From: the human T2T-CHM13v2.0 reference genome, Homo sapiens
NCBI RefSeq assembly: GCF_009914755.1
Contig: NC_060926.1
DNA: 64,000 nucleotides
Strand: one strand, 5' to 3'
Part shown: positions 28,677-43,739 of the stretch, one piece after another
Layout of the letters: each line of letters begins with the position of its first letter
Position numbering within the stretch: the first letter of the stretch is position 1
The notes under the pieces: model-generated
The model's database searches: none
The model's input: the letters and a program-made list of their open reading frames with translations, nothing else
Told to the model about the DNA's origin: nothing
Program-made: the position numbers and the translations under genes

Positions 28677-30710
28677 AAGTAGAAATCTTAAGAAAAATAA
28701 GAAAGTATTTAAAACTGGTGGATAGGAAAAATATATATATCAAATTTTGTGTGTTGCAGTAAAGGCATACTGAGAGGGAAATTTGTAGCTTAAAATGCTT
28801 GCATTTTTGAATGAAGAAAGTCTAAAATTATTGACCTAAGGAATCATAGAAAGAAAACCACAGTAAGTCCAAAGCAAATTTTAAAAAATGGAAATAAGAA
28901 CATAAAACAAAGAAATAGAAACAACAAGAACAGAACCAGAATTGGTTTCTTTGGAAATAGTATAAATAAAACAAGATGTAATCCTACAAAATATTAATCA
29001 ACAGAAAGGAAATAAATGATAAACAGAATAACGCAAAACAGAGAACAAAATAGAAAAAAGAAAATGCAGAATGAAATGACAAACTTAAACCCTAATATAT
29101 TGATTATTACTTTAAATATAATATTCTAAATACACTAATTAAAAGCCAAAAATTGAGAGGATGAATTTAAAAATAACAGCTGTATGCTGCCTACAATATA
29201 TTTACTTCAAACACAATGGGTATAGGTAGGCTGACAATAAAGGGTGGAAAAATATATACTAATATTAATAAAAAATAGTTTTAAAGCAATAATTATTAAC
29301 ATCAAGTGAAGTAGATTCCAAAGCAAATAAATTACTAGGAACAAAGAGAAATATTACCCAATGATAAAAGGATCAATCAGTGAAGAAGACATAGCAATCT
29401 TAAATGTATATAAACTAAAAAAAGCTTCAAAATATATGAAACTACAACTGATAGAGCTATAAGGAAAAATATACTAATTCCTAATTATTATTGGGGATCT
29501 GAGCACTCCTCTCTCACAATTAATAGAACTACTAGACAAAAAAGAAAATAGCAAATATATAGATAAACTAAACTATGCTATCCAATGATAAGATCTGGTT
29601 GATGTTGATGAGCACTCCAAACACAGCAAAGTACACATTCTTATCAATGGCTCAATGAACATTTACTACAAAAGACAGTATTCTGGGTCACAAAAAAACC
29701 TTCACAAAGTTAACTGAAATTATACAAAATGTATTCTCAGGATGTTATGAAATTAAACTAGGGATAAATAACAGAAAAACAGAAAGTATTTCCAAGTATT
29801 TGGAAATACATGGAAATTTAAAAAGCACATTTCCAAACAATATATAGGTCAAAGAGGAAATCTAAAGGAAATTTTAAAATACATAGAACTGAATGAAAAT
29901 TAAATACCACCTATCAAAATATGTGGAATACAAGTAAGCAGTGCTAAAAGTTAAATTTATACCCCATTTGCTTACATTATAAAAGAGAAAAGATTCCAAA
30001 TAAATGATTTCAGTATCTACCTCAAAAACACAGAAAAACAAGAGTAAACTAAATCTAAAGAAGAAGAAAGGAAATAATAAAACTCAAAAAGTGGATATAA
30101 ATTAATAATAGAAAAAATTTAAAAAGTTAATGAAACCAAAAGCAGGTTTTTGGAAAAAATCCATAGAATTCATAAACTATTAGCAAGAATGATAAAAATA
30201 TAAAGGACACACATGTCAAATATCTGGAATGAAACAGGAGATATAACTACAGATCCTGCAATCATCAAAAGAATAAACAAGGAATACTACAAATGACTTT
30301 ATCTTCATAAATTCAATAACATAGAAGTAGGCTAATTACTCAAAAAGTACAAATTACCAAACTTCTAAAAAATAAATAAATAACTGGAATAATCTTATAA
30401 CCATTAAATATATTGAAAGTATAATTCAAAAACTGCCAAGAATAACAATTTTAAACCCAGATGTCCTCTTTTTGAGAATTTTGCTAAATATTTAAGAGAA
30501 TTAACATAAATTTTACACACTGTTTTCCAGAAAGTAGAAGAGAATAATTTCCAATTAATTGTGTGAGGTAATATAACACTGATGCCAAACCAAAGATAGT
30601 ACAAAAAGAAAACTACAGACAAATATCTCTCATGAACTTAGATATAAATATCCTTAAGAATTAACAAATTAGACCACCAACGCATAATAAGAATTATACA
30701 ACATGAACAA
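28677..30710 (+). mobile_element. Old L1M ORF2 (endonuclease to RT linker); probably two fragments
   Basis: ctgtatgctgcctacaa, gaagacatagcaatcttaaatgtata, ataactacagatcctgca, gacaaatatctctcatgaac. Confidence 0.8.
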
Positions 30711-30711
30711 T

Positions 30712-31097
30712 GACCAGTGGAATACAGCAGAAGTGAGGCTAGGCCAATTTTCAGGCCCAAGACTTAAAAAAACAAAACAACAACAACAGCAAAATGGCAA
30801 TGTCCACTCTCTGTGTCTTGGAACTTGCTCATGAAACTCAGCCACCATTTTTGAAGGAAGGTCAAGTAGCCTACAGAGAAGACCATATCGAAAAATCTAA
30901 AGTCCATGGCCCCCAATCTCTGTAAAGACTTTCACAGTCAAAAGCAACTTGTAAACCCTGTGAGTGAGTTATCTTAGAAACAAATCCAGTAGTCTCCAGT
31001 CAATTCACCCCAGCTGACATTGTATGAATCTGACATGTGCTTTTCTTCCTGAGTCTTGCAGATACATGAACTAATCAAATTATTAGTCTTGTTCTAA
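30712..31097 (+). mobile_element. MLT1 (MaLR) LTR fragment
   Basis: tgaccagtggaatacagcagaagtga, tcagccaccat, gtgagtgagttatcttagaa, ccccagctgaca. Confidence 0.65.
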
Positions 31098-31119
31098 GAA
31101 AAGAAGAAAACAGCTACCA

Positions 31120-31460
31120 CTGCCGTTAACGAAATTAAAAGACAACCGATCAACTAAGAAAAAAAATTGCAAGCCACTTTTCCAACAAATGATTTGTATT
31201 CAAACTATAAAAAGAACCCTCAAAGGTCATTTAAAACCAAATAATTATAATTTTTAAATGGCAAAAGATAACAGTGACTTCATCCAGGGAGACATATGGA
31301 AAGCAAGTAGATGCACGAATAGATACTCAACATCATCACTCATTAGCAGAATGCATATTTAAGCCACAATCAGATACCATTACACAATTGTTACAATATC
31401 TAAATTAAATATGATTAACTAATGCATCCAATAATTCCAAATGCTGATGAGGAAGAAACT
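31120..31460 (+). mobile_element. L1M ORF2 3' fragment
   Basis: aaaagacaacc, aaatggcaaaaga, atactcaacatca, cagataccattacac. Confidence 0.7.
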
Positions 31461-32279
31461 GCTATAGAAACTCTCCATTATATTTTCTTCTGCTGAAGAG
31501 TATTGATCTTGATTTCGATGTTTAAGTAAGCAGGTAATTCGGCCTAACTCAGACTGTAAAACTCTTTCCCCTTATAGTAGCCAGCAACTCAAATTTCAGT
31601 TTTATTTAGCCATAGATGAGTTGAATGGAGGTTACCCTACATTGCACAATTTAGGGATTATCCAGAGAATTTAGTGTGTAGTCTGAATACAAGTCATTTG
31701 ATGGATATGTGATTTGCAGAGTTTATGCACAGAATTTGTGACTCTACTTTCTCTCTCCTTTCTTGGATTTTTCCTCTTCACTCTCTGGCTACCATGTTTG
31801 CCCTTGTGGCTGGCCTCTGGAGGCCAATCAGAGGCCAGCCACAAGGACAAACCCAGTAGCACTCTCTGCCAATAAGACAGCAGGTTTTCCACTGGATTTT
31901 GACCCATCTCAAATGGTGCTGACTGGTATTCAACTTTAAGAGCAAAATAAAGAGCAACTTTAAGAGCAAAATAAAGCACACTATAGCACTCTTTTCTTCA
32001 AAGTGTCGACTGTCATCCAGATTTTATTGACTCTTTAGATAATTTTTTAAAATATTTTGTCCGGAGTTTGTAATTATTAACTGTGGGAGAGCTGGTTTGA
32101 TGGACAACATTTTTTTCCATATCTTAGTCTTCCTCACTTTAATCAGATGATCGCATTGCTTTCAACTCCAAGTACCTGACCTTTTCTATAACCTTCTTAC
32201 CATAAGGAATTCCATATTTTTCAACTAAGACGGTCTGTTAGATTTTGTAACCATGTATCAGCTTTGCATATTTTTAGAA

Positions 32280-32710
32280 AATGATTTAAGGTCTTTTAAA
32301 ATCTTGTATGAACTTACTTTTCCAAACTTATTTCCTGACACTCCACAATACACAGGATATTTTTTGAGAGCTCACTGCTTCTGAAATTCTCCATATAATT
32401 TTACACACTTACACTTCTTGGCTGACTAATTCTGTAGTTAGAATGATCTTTCTGTCAGTCTGAAAAAAAAAAAAAACATTTGTTCAGTTCAGATGTAAGT
32501 ATCCCACCTGCAAAAATATTTTTCTCATATATGCCTCCAATGAATACTTACTCTTTCTTTGGCAAAAACTTACCACATTGTATGATGGTTTGTACTAAAT
32601 GTATCTGGCTTCTTCAGTAAATCATCCCCTTCTTGAACAGTTATTCATCTTCGCGCCACAATGGCACCTAGTAGAGCTTCTGTCACATGGCAAGTGCTTG
32701 ATGAATGAAT
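32280..32710 (+). mobile_element. L2 3' end
   Basis: gcacctagtagagcttctgtcacatggcaagtgcttgatgaatgaat terminus. Confidence 0.6.
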
Positions 32711-33685
32711 ATTTCAGGCTACATTCCTACACATTTTTCCCACAGCTTTTTGGCTAGATGGCTTTGTACCTTCTTCCCAAACACAGCTTTGTCCCTTTAC
32801 TAGACACTCTGATATTTCAACCGTTAACTTTTAGTTTACCCTTCTGGCCCTGACATAATATTTTTCTTTGATTTTACATGTGCTTATGCACACAACTAGC
32901 CTTTGAAACTGACCCATGAATGGTCTTTTTCTGCTCCTGATATATGCCTATTCTTCTAACTTGGAATTCAGCTTTCCCTGATCCACAAACTGTATTTGTA
33001 GAATATTTTACCTTCCCAAATAAGGCAGGGGTCTAAAAACTTGAATATAATCAAAACTCCAAGCATTCACAAAAAAAGCAACTCATAGCTTCTCTCACCC
33101 TATATAGAGCTTTAAAACAGGTTAGTAATTTCTTTATTACAGGGTGGGTTTAGTAAGTCATCCAGGTATAGTGACAGGATTATAGTAATTACCATGTTTG
33201 CTCAGTCATGTTTTCTCTTCCAGTGACTTTTTAATATTCATGCAGCTGCATGGGTTCTAAATTTTTGTTGGTGTTCATCAAAGGTATTAATTGAATAATC
33301 AGTGCTCTTGATGAAAAAGGCCTGCCTTTGTGTCATGTGAATTAACATCCAGAAAGTAAAAAGAATCATAGATATTTCACTCTCTGGATGAAGACTTATT
33401 TCCAAGGCAAAATTGAATTTGACTGAAAAAAATTGAGCAATAAAGTATTTTATTTTCCATTAAGTTATTGCAAGGAATTTTTGGCAGCAATACAAAAGGG
33501 ATTCTCAGTAGGGTTTGGGTCCAGGAGTCTAGATGAGCAGGAAGAGACTACAGCAGATTTTACACTGGAAAGAAACCAAAGCAGTTGGCATCCCGAGACG
33601 GACTGAGTTACTGTCTTGGGATAGGCAGTGTAGTCAGCAAACATAGGGACTGTCCAGTCAGCAGAACCTATGTCCATCAGACAGG

Positions 33686-34238
33686 AAGTAGATTGATTGC
33701 AAATGTGGTCTCAATTATTCCCCTTACTTTGTCCACAAACCTGTCACTTGATAGGTTTTTCCATTAAGATGTGGAGTCTATTAACCTACCCATGCTATCT
33801 AAAATGGCCTTGTAATTATCCCCTGACAGTAAAATGTGGTGAAAGTGATAGTATGTCAGTTCTAGACTTAGCCCTAAGAGATCCTGTATGCTTTTCTTTG
33901 TTCTCTTGGAAACCTGAAAAATCAACATGAGAAAAAGAGGTTAACCAGCTGGATGATATGAGACATATGGCTCCCTCACTCTCTGGACCCCAGAAAATAA
34001 CCGCTAGAACTCCAAAGCTGTGAGGTCAATCTAGATAAGCCATCCCTTAGCCATCCTGCCAGCTGATCACATAGGTAAGAATTAGCCTAAACAAAAGAAA
34101 TCAAGCTTGGACCAGATCAGAAGAGTCTCCTAGTGGATCTGAATAATTGGAAATTAATTAATTACTAATTAATTAATTATCCCATTGACATTTTATGATT
34201 TTTTTTATACTGGTAATGCCTAAATAACAGTGAGACAC
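33686..34238 (+). mobile_element. MLT1G/H-like MaLR LTR
   Basis: agattgattgcaaatgtgg, gatgtggagtctatt, aaaatgtggtgaaagtga, ccatcctgccagctga. Confidence 0.7.
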
Positions 34239-34636
34239 AGTAGAAAATCAACACAGGTACCATACATTTAGATATAATCTGGAATGCAGAAGATTTGCCT
34301 AGTAACTTTTAATGAAAAAGATGTGTGAACTTTTATCTTGGCACAAAACGTTTTTTCCCTTTGTTTTGTTTAATTCATTTAATCAGTAGAGGGAGTTCTG
34401 GTATCATATGCCTCCTAGCAAATTTTCTCCTTAACTTGAATATGGAGATCTGACTCTACTTCTTTACATTAGACAGAATCAAGAAGGTGGCAAGTCCAGC
34501 TACATTTGGTAAGGTGAGTCTTTAAGGGCTGTGCATAGATATGAGAGCTTAGATCCCAGCCAAAAATCAAGACAGCAGGACTGGGAGAGGCAGGTTACCT
34601 TATTGGTTATTAACCTAAAGAATTATAGTGACAGGA

Positions 34637-34961
<325 letters not shown>

Positions 34962-34971
<10 letters not shown>

Positions 34972-35223
34972 AATTATAGTGACAAGAATAAGTAAATACT
35001 GTACAGTTAGGAAACAAATTAGGTATATTTCAAGTCAGAAGTGTTGATTCAGAAGGTCCTGAAACTGGCAGGCACAGCAGCTAAAGAATGTAGCAAAGAT
35101 AGTAAATATAAAAATAATCAAGAGAAGACCAGACTTAGGATCTAAGTCCACATAAATACTTTCTAGATTTCTTTAACTGATAACCACAAGTGCATAGAAC
35201 AAACAAGTCTACAATAATATTTT
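34962..35223 (+). repeat. Donor copy of a 262-bp non-tandem duplication (second copy at 35950-36211)
   Basis: Ungapped alignment at offset 988 with 11 substitutions (hand count). Confidence 0.95.
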
Positions 35224-35949
35224 AAAATAAAGGCATATGTTAGTAATCTTGGTGTCAATACTGATAATGAAACAGGGCAATGATGACAGAATTCATTTAG
35301 TCAGATGAAAAATTATAAGTAAAAATAAAAAGGTAATTGTGGAATAATGTCCTTCACATATAAAGATGGGAATAGCAACTTTGGATAGTACCATATGTGA
35401 ATTGAAGTTTTTCACAAGCAATAGGGATGGTTTCACATAGCTTCACCTAGAAGTGTCTATTTGGTATTCCTTTTGACATGTCACATATTTCCGAAAAGGT
35501 CTGGCCATTATTAAGGTGCCCTTTTTGATCATGGAATGGTTCTCTTCTTTGCCACCCATACAGCAAATCTTACTACTTTTCTTCTAAGAAGTCGATCACT
35601 AACCCTTTCCTGATAATTATGAGAATACACCACCTTCAGTATTCATGCATATTTCAATATGTCTCTGTTTCTACAGCAATTATTCCAGTCTTCCTTCTAA
35701 ACTGAAAAAGACATGCTGCTTCCTGTAAAAGAAAAAAACAGTTTCTCCTAACTTTCACCTACATTGCATCATTTCATGACTCTTGATGAAAAATATTTTT
35801 TTCTTCTATTGTTTCTTTTCTCTTTGTCCTGAAATAAGCAGTATAATGCATAGAAAGGAGAGAGATTTTATCATTTGCGATGGAAATGATCATTGCGATC
35901 ATTTGCCTTTGGAAAGTCATTTAACATCTTCCTAATGAAGATGTTAAAT

Positions 35950-36211
35950 AAAATAAAATAATTATAGTGACAGGAATAAGAAAAAACTGTATAGTTAGGA
36001 AGCAAATTAAGTATATTTCAAGTCAGAAGTGTTGATTGAGAAGGTCCTGAAACTGGCAGGCACAGCAGCTAAAGAATGTAGCAAAGATAATAAATATAAA
36101 AATAATCAAGAGAAGATCAGATTTAGGATCTAAGTCCACATAAATAGTTTCTAGATTTCTTTAACTGATAACCACAAGTGCATAGAACAAACAAGTCTAC
36201 AATAATATTTT
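35950..36211 (+). repeat. Inserted copy of the 262-bp duplication, flanked by a 28-bp direct repeat inside a MIR-like remnant
   Basis: taacatcttcctaatgaagatgttaaat at 35922-35949 and 36217-36244. Confidence 0.95.
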
Positions 36212-36319
36212 CCTAATAACATCTTCCTAATGAAGATGTTAAATGACTTTATGAACATCTTCATGTGTAAATGGGGAGAGATAAAAATATCCATCTCACA
36301 TCACTGCTTTTTACCATGG

Positions 36320-36700
36320 AGATGAGGCAATCCAGGAAAAGGATGGCACACTCAAAGTAATTAAGGAAATTCAGCAAAGGATCTCTTTCCATGTGTGTAG
36401 GTACAGTAAGGAGAAACCAAGAATTATGGTAAATCACCTCAAGGCAAGCAGCAGCACAAAGATGTTACCACCTCCAAGTGTGAAGGTGAGAGGGCAGCTA
36501 GTGGAACTTAAAGACAGAGCTGTAGTTTAAAGAGAGTGCTCCCTGGAAGCAGCAGATGGAAAAACTCTCCATGTTTACAGTTCTCACCAAGTAGCACCTA
36601 TTTGATAGGTAACGATTCCCTCCAGCCAAGGGCTGAGGAGGGGTAAAGAACTGCTTTTCATTGCTGCTAAACTTCCAGTACTTCACCATCTCTCATTTGT
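36320..36700 (-). mobile_element. LTR33-like ERVL LTR
   Basis: ccaggaaaaggatggcacactcaaag...gttaccacctccaagtgtgaagg. Confidence 0.55.
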
Positions 36701-37811
36701 TTCCTAACTCTGCCCAGACATCTGCAAATATTCACTTTATTAAAATCTCTTCCTGTGAAATGCCTGAGGTAAATTCTGTAAATGAAATATATTATTAAAT
36801 ATTTGAGGATCTTTCCACTTTACATTCTTGTCTATCTGAAGTAATTGGTGCTGAAGTTTAACTCTTTCTACTTAACGATTCAACTTTTTGTGGCTTCTAG
36901 AATTTAACTGCTTTATGTTTCTCCATTAGCCTTGCTTTTTGTCAATTCATTTGAGCATACTTCTCTCTCCTCACAGTTGAGTGTACCCCACGATAAATTT
37001 GCATTTCTGCTCCTCATATTTCACTACTTCAAATGGCTCATGAATATTCATTGCTATAATTATTCCTTTGAAATCATGATTCTCAAATATTTATCTTTAG
37101 ATCTGTCCTATCACCCGAGTGACAGTCTTAAAACGTAGTTATGATAGATGCTTAAAAAATGCCTGGTGGAGTACATGAATTCCCAAGTTTTTACCATAGC
37201 TCTAAATATTCTAACATTTCCCTTGCCACTGCCCAATATTTCTTATTGAAAAATATGTGGATTATTTGTTTGATTATAGGCCTTTATTCTCCATTTCCAC
37301 TTGTAATTACTTTCTGAAACATTATGTGTATTACGTAATTTCAACACATCATCTTTTCTGTCACAGCTTTGATTGCTATAAATATTTACAAAGGAACTAT
37401 TTCTGTAGTGTTATAAGTAGCTTCCTGATCAAAAACTGAGTTTCAAAAGACAAATTCACACAATCTCTCATGTCTGGGCAGCAACAAGATTCTTCTTTTG
37501 TAAATCATTAAAATTATTTCTTCTAATCCCCTAACCCCATAATGAAATAAGAAGCAAGATTGTTTATTCACATTATATCCAATAATTTGTATGTTACATG
37601 AGTGTGCAGGTATTATGCTGTTCACCAGGAATTTTGTTATGTTATACCTTATGTCCAAACAAAACGGTACAGGTAGAAATTTAAATTACCACATTAACAA
37701 AATAATCTCCAAGGAATAATCTAACATCAGATTTTTATTAAGCACCTACACAGGCCTCGAAATCTCACTTTTAGATTCTACCACTGTGACATCACAGTGC
37801 TTGCTCTAAGA

Positions 37812-37844
37812 CACACACATACACACATACACACACACACACAC
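37812..37844. repeat. Interrupted (CA)n microsatellite
   Basis: cacacacatacacacatacacacacacacacaca. Confidence 0.9.
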
Positions 37845-38859
37845 ATTTATAATTCTATGATTGAACAATATGACCCTACATACCATGAGTCTATCTAAAT
37901 ACTGACAGAAAAAATACATAAAATTATTTGGCTGTCTAAGATAGAACTAATTATTACTTTAATTTAAATGTGCTGCCTGAATAAATGCTTCACACAGAGT
38001 TTTAAAAATTCATTATTTTCCCACCAATTTCCATTTATTATGTGATACACCTGAGTTTCTAAATAACAAATATATATCTGATAGGTTCTGTTTTAACATA
38101 ATTTAAATTGATCATCACTAGTTATCTTCTACTTTTCTACTGGTAAGCACAAGAAAACAAATTTTCTTGATAACTGTACCTCCATTGTCAATGTCATAGC
38201 CTATATTCTGTTTCATTGGATATGTTAGGAAATACACAAAAAGCAAATCACAAAATGTCAATTGTAAGACTGATACAGAGGGACAGCCATTGCCTTCATG
38301 TGTGAGGAAACTTCTTGATACAGGTCAGGTGAGGAATGAGTCTTTATAACTATAAGGTGCTTTAATGTTTCTAGTCTATATGTCGGGAATATACACAGTA
38401 TAATGTAAGTACATTGGCCATGATGTATATCTATACATTTAATCTACTACAGAAAATACTGAGTGTTTAAGTTAGGAGTTGAAATGCAGCTGGCACTTGC
38501 TTGCCAAACTGTGTACCCTAATACAAGTTTGCATCTGTCTACAGTAGGACACTTTTTCTAATTTTCTAATTTAAAATAATCCATACTAAAACTGACAAAA
38601 CAAAAAGAGAAAAATACAAATTTCCAGTATAAACAAAAGAAAAAAGAACATAACTACAGATCCTACAGTCATTGCAAAGCTATTAGGAGGATATCATATG
38701 AAACTTTATGTCTATATTTTAAAATTAAGATGAAATAGACAAATTATGTGAAAAATAAAACTTACTAAAATTGATGTAAAAATATAGAAAATTTTAAAAA
38801 TTATATATTTATTTTTTGTTTGTTTTTGTTTTTAATATATTTTTAATGAGTGGGAAAAC

Positions 38860-38995
38860 TTGTTTTTATTTTTAACTTTTAGGTTCAGGGATACACGTGC
38901 AGGTGTATTATATAGGTAAATTACCTGTCATGGGGGTAGGTATACAGATTATTTCATTGCTTCAGTGATAAGTGTGGTATCCAATAGGTATTTTA
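38860..38995 (-). mobile_element. Short L1PA16/L1PB-like 3' end
   Basis: ttttaggttcagggatacacgtgcaggt...tatacagattatttcat...ccaatagg. Confidence 0.8.
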
Positions 38996-39014
38996 TTTAG
39001 AAATTCAATTTTTT

Positions 39015-39140
39015 AATGCACTGGGATGTGTCTTTAGTCTCAGCAACTGGGAGGCTGAGGCAGGATTGCATGAGCCCAGAAGTACAAGGTCAGTCTGGGC
39101 AACCTAGTGAGACCCCATCTCTAAAAAAATAATAAAAAGA
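39015..39140 (+). mobile_element. FLAM-like Alu monomer
   Basis: gggaggctgaggcaggattgcatgagcccagaag...gggcaacctagtgagaccccatctct plus A tail. Confidence 0.8.
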
Positions 39141-40208
39141 AAATATTTTTAAATAAATTTTTAATTTACTTGTGTTTTTACTATCATAATTTCAAAGTTG
39201 GTTTTACCAGTAGTTTTCAAATTTTTTTCATGAAAATAAGTGTTAAACTCCTTGGTAAATTATTAGCAAATCTCATGTCATGATACATAAAATGTATATA
39301 GCCAACTTGTTTACCTTTCAGTTAAGAATATGAGTTTAACATTTTTTAAAAGTTAATATAATTTACTAAATCAATAGCTAAAAATGGAGAAATCATAAAA
39401 TCTTTTCAATAGATCTACAAAAAGTATCTGAATAAAATTAGGAGATATTCGTAAGAATTTCCTTATTCTGATAAAAAATATTTACAAAAAACTACAGCAA
39501 AAATCAAATTTATAGTAAATTATTAAAATTTCCTTTGAGATTGAGAAAAACACAAAGATCTCTGGTATTTCCAATTGGATTAAACATTGTAGTAGGTAAC
39601 TGTCAAGGAAATTTTTTTTAAAAAAGAAAAGGGGTTAGAGTTTTAATGGAAAAAATTATTTGCAGTGTTGTTATATAAGTTAAAAGTAATTAAAAATTTT
39701 TAAATTTCTTATAAACTATCAGATTTGGTGTAACGAAGATTGTTTCTACAGAGTAAATAAATAATTAGAAAATTAATTTAAAATTGAGTCCATTTCACCA
39801 ATAACGCCAAACACATTGGAATAATACTAATGAAATAACTACAAGACATCTATATGGTAGGTACAAAGCATTATGAAAAACAATGGAGACTTAACTTGAA
39901 GAATAATGTGCAGAGATTAGAGCATTTAATACTGCAAAAATTGCTATTATTCGTTATTATATCAATGGGTATAAATAAATTGACAAGATGATTCCAAACA
40001 TTACATGGACATGCAAATGATCAAGAAGAATCAAAGCAATCTTGAAAGGAAAGAATACTGTTAGAAGACTTACAATAGCAGATATCACATCCTCTTAAAA
40101 GTTACAATAATTTCTAAAACTGCCATTAGCACAGGGCTGGGTAGATAGGCCACAAGACACAAAACAAATTCTATAAATCAACCCACATGTATATGGTCAC
40201 CAAATTTA

Positions 40209-40608
<400 letters not shown>

Positions 40609-40609
40609 A

Positions 40610-41134
<525 letters not shown>

Positions 41135-41266
41135 CTAAGAGAGAAAAAAAATGCAACCTACACTTACATTTAGAAGGGGTATTTACAAAATGAATATCCA
41201 ACAAAAGATTGATGATCCAGAATTTCTATTTGTCCATCCTTGCAGACTATATTAAAACCACCTACA

Positions 41267-41597
<331 letters not shown>

Positions 41598-41861
41598 TCA
41601 CTTTCTCCCTAATCAGAGCCATTCAGTTTTGTTTCTGTGAGAAGAATCAAGCAAAGGATGAGAGCTACACCATTTTGTTTCCCTGTCCCTTGAAGGCATA
41701 ATTTTAAATAAAATTTTTAAGAGAAGGTAAGTTTAAGCATAAATATGAGCTTATGGTCATTTTCAAATGTTTCTCGTCTGACAACATTTAATTTATTCAG
41801 GCCTACCTATGGCAGTTTTCTTCTCTAATTAGAACTCTCACACAGATAGAACACAATAATA

Positions 41862-42007
41862 GCCTGTAGTCCCAGCTCCTCGGGAGGCTGAGGCAGGAGA
41901 ATGGCGTGAACCCAGGAGGCGGAGTTTGTAGTGAGCCGAGATTGCGTCACTGCACTCCAGCCTGGGCAACGGAGCGAGACTCTGTCTCAAAAAAAAAAAA
42001 AAAAAAA
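41862..42007 (+). mobile_element. 5'-truncated AluY (right arm only), TSD aacacaataa
   Basis: gaatggcgtgaaccc; pure A tail; TSD at 41850-41859 and 42008-42017. Confidence 0.93.
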
Positions 42008-43739
42008 AACACAATAACTTGCAGAAAAATTTTTAAAAAGCAAATGGAGAGAGAAGACAAGGGAAAATAGAAAAGGGGAAGAAGGAGGAGAAGGAAGCTG
42101 AGGAGGAGCAGGAGAAAGGAGATGACAAAGTCAGACTTACAGAACCAAGACGATTTGTATTTTCAATTTCCTATGAAATTCCCAAATGTTAATTTCAGGG
42201 GCAAGGAAATGATTGTGCTTATGCGAGTAAACTTTCTTAGCAAACTCAGCCCAGCCTTTAAAATCTTGAAATTCTTTGCACAAATTGCCTTCATTACTTT
42301 CTCCCATTTTCTAGCAATTCGCGAGATAAGTTTCTTGTTAGATATTCTTACTAATTTATGAAGGTGAGTCATCAAACATCGTTGTCTGATATATCTCCAG
42401 GGAAGTCTAATTATTTTTCAAGTACATTGTGACACATCAACCTCTTAGTCATTGTATTCCCTTTATCCTATGTTAAATTCAGTTCGTCAAGCAACTCTGC
42501 TCAATTCCTACCTGCTTTGGCATTTACAGTCCTGATTTTGCACATATTTAACTGTTTTATACTTCTCATTCTTTTTTTTAACCAACAACACCACATCAAA
42601 TTTGTCCAATAATTTTATTAGATTTACAAGGCTCTCCTATATGCTAAACACGTTTTATTTGTGAGACTTAAAGGAATATATGCATCATTATCCTTACCCA
42701 CTGTTTATTCATTTACATATTCTCTATTGTTTTTCAAGATTGCTATATTTATTATTTAAACTTAGCATCCTCTGACACAGAAGCACATACGCCCTTTCAG
42801 TAAGCTTTATTGACTCTGTATACTGATTCTGTTTCTTCAATAGAGCTTAATCAAAACAAATAAAATGATATAACATTTAAGTTTCTTGTGTAAAAATGAC
42901 ACACGTTCGGAATGTTCTAAGATAGAACTATTGGTCCAATTCTTCTTGTTTTATTCTACCCTTCAATCCAGAGTCATTTTGCTTCCAGAAGTATTTCTGC
43001 ACATACATTAATTGGCCTCTTCTTAACTGTAATATCCTCCGAGAACTATACCAGTCTTCATTTTCTCTACTCCCTTTTCATGGAACTTTATATTTCTCTG
43101 AGCATATTTATTCTTGCCTTACTAATGGCTGCAAAGTGACTTTCACATTCTTTACTACTTTACCTCTGATTTCTGCATGGTCCATGCAATTCTGAGGATT
43201 AGCCCATATGGGTCTCCTACTTTAATACATGGTCAAAATTAGATTTACTTGGTCATAAATGTAATACATTAGCCTCCATCTGCCATTCTGTTGTTATGTT
43301 CAAATTATGAGACTCCTCTTGAAGCTATATTAACATAACAATCAAATCACGTAGTTTTAACTGAGATGGTATTATTTTGTGGTGGCTTAAATGTGTGATG
43401 GTTGGAGGTGGGGAGGCTGTATCTGCAGATCTTGGGGCAGGGGCTGAAGTCCCTGTTCCTAGGATCAGAAACTTTCCCCCTTAATTCTATTATTTGAAAA
43501 CAGTCAGAATGCTATGATTGCTAATGTCTTCCATGACAAATCCTTATACAAGCTCATTTTGCTAAAGGATTCTATGTGGGGTTTCCATTCTACGGAAAGA
43601 AGTTCTGCTTCTACCAATGATTCATTTCAGCTAGAGGCAGAGCCCACATTTGTCCTTGGGAGTTGTGGGTAAACAGATGGTCCCCAAATGATGTTTGATT
43701 AAATGTCCATCAAATTTTTGTTTAACTGTTTACCTTCAC

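Noticed and set aside
34152-34178. AT palindrome (aatt)n
   Set aside because: Low-complexity TAAT repeat that is trivially self-complementary.
42040-42125. Purine-rich Glu/Lys-like coding stretch
   Set aside because: GA-rich simple sequence without splice signals or homology.
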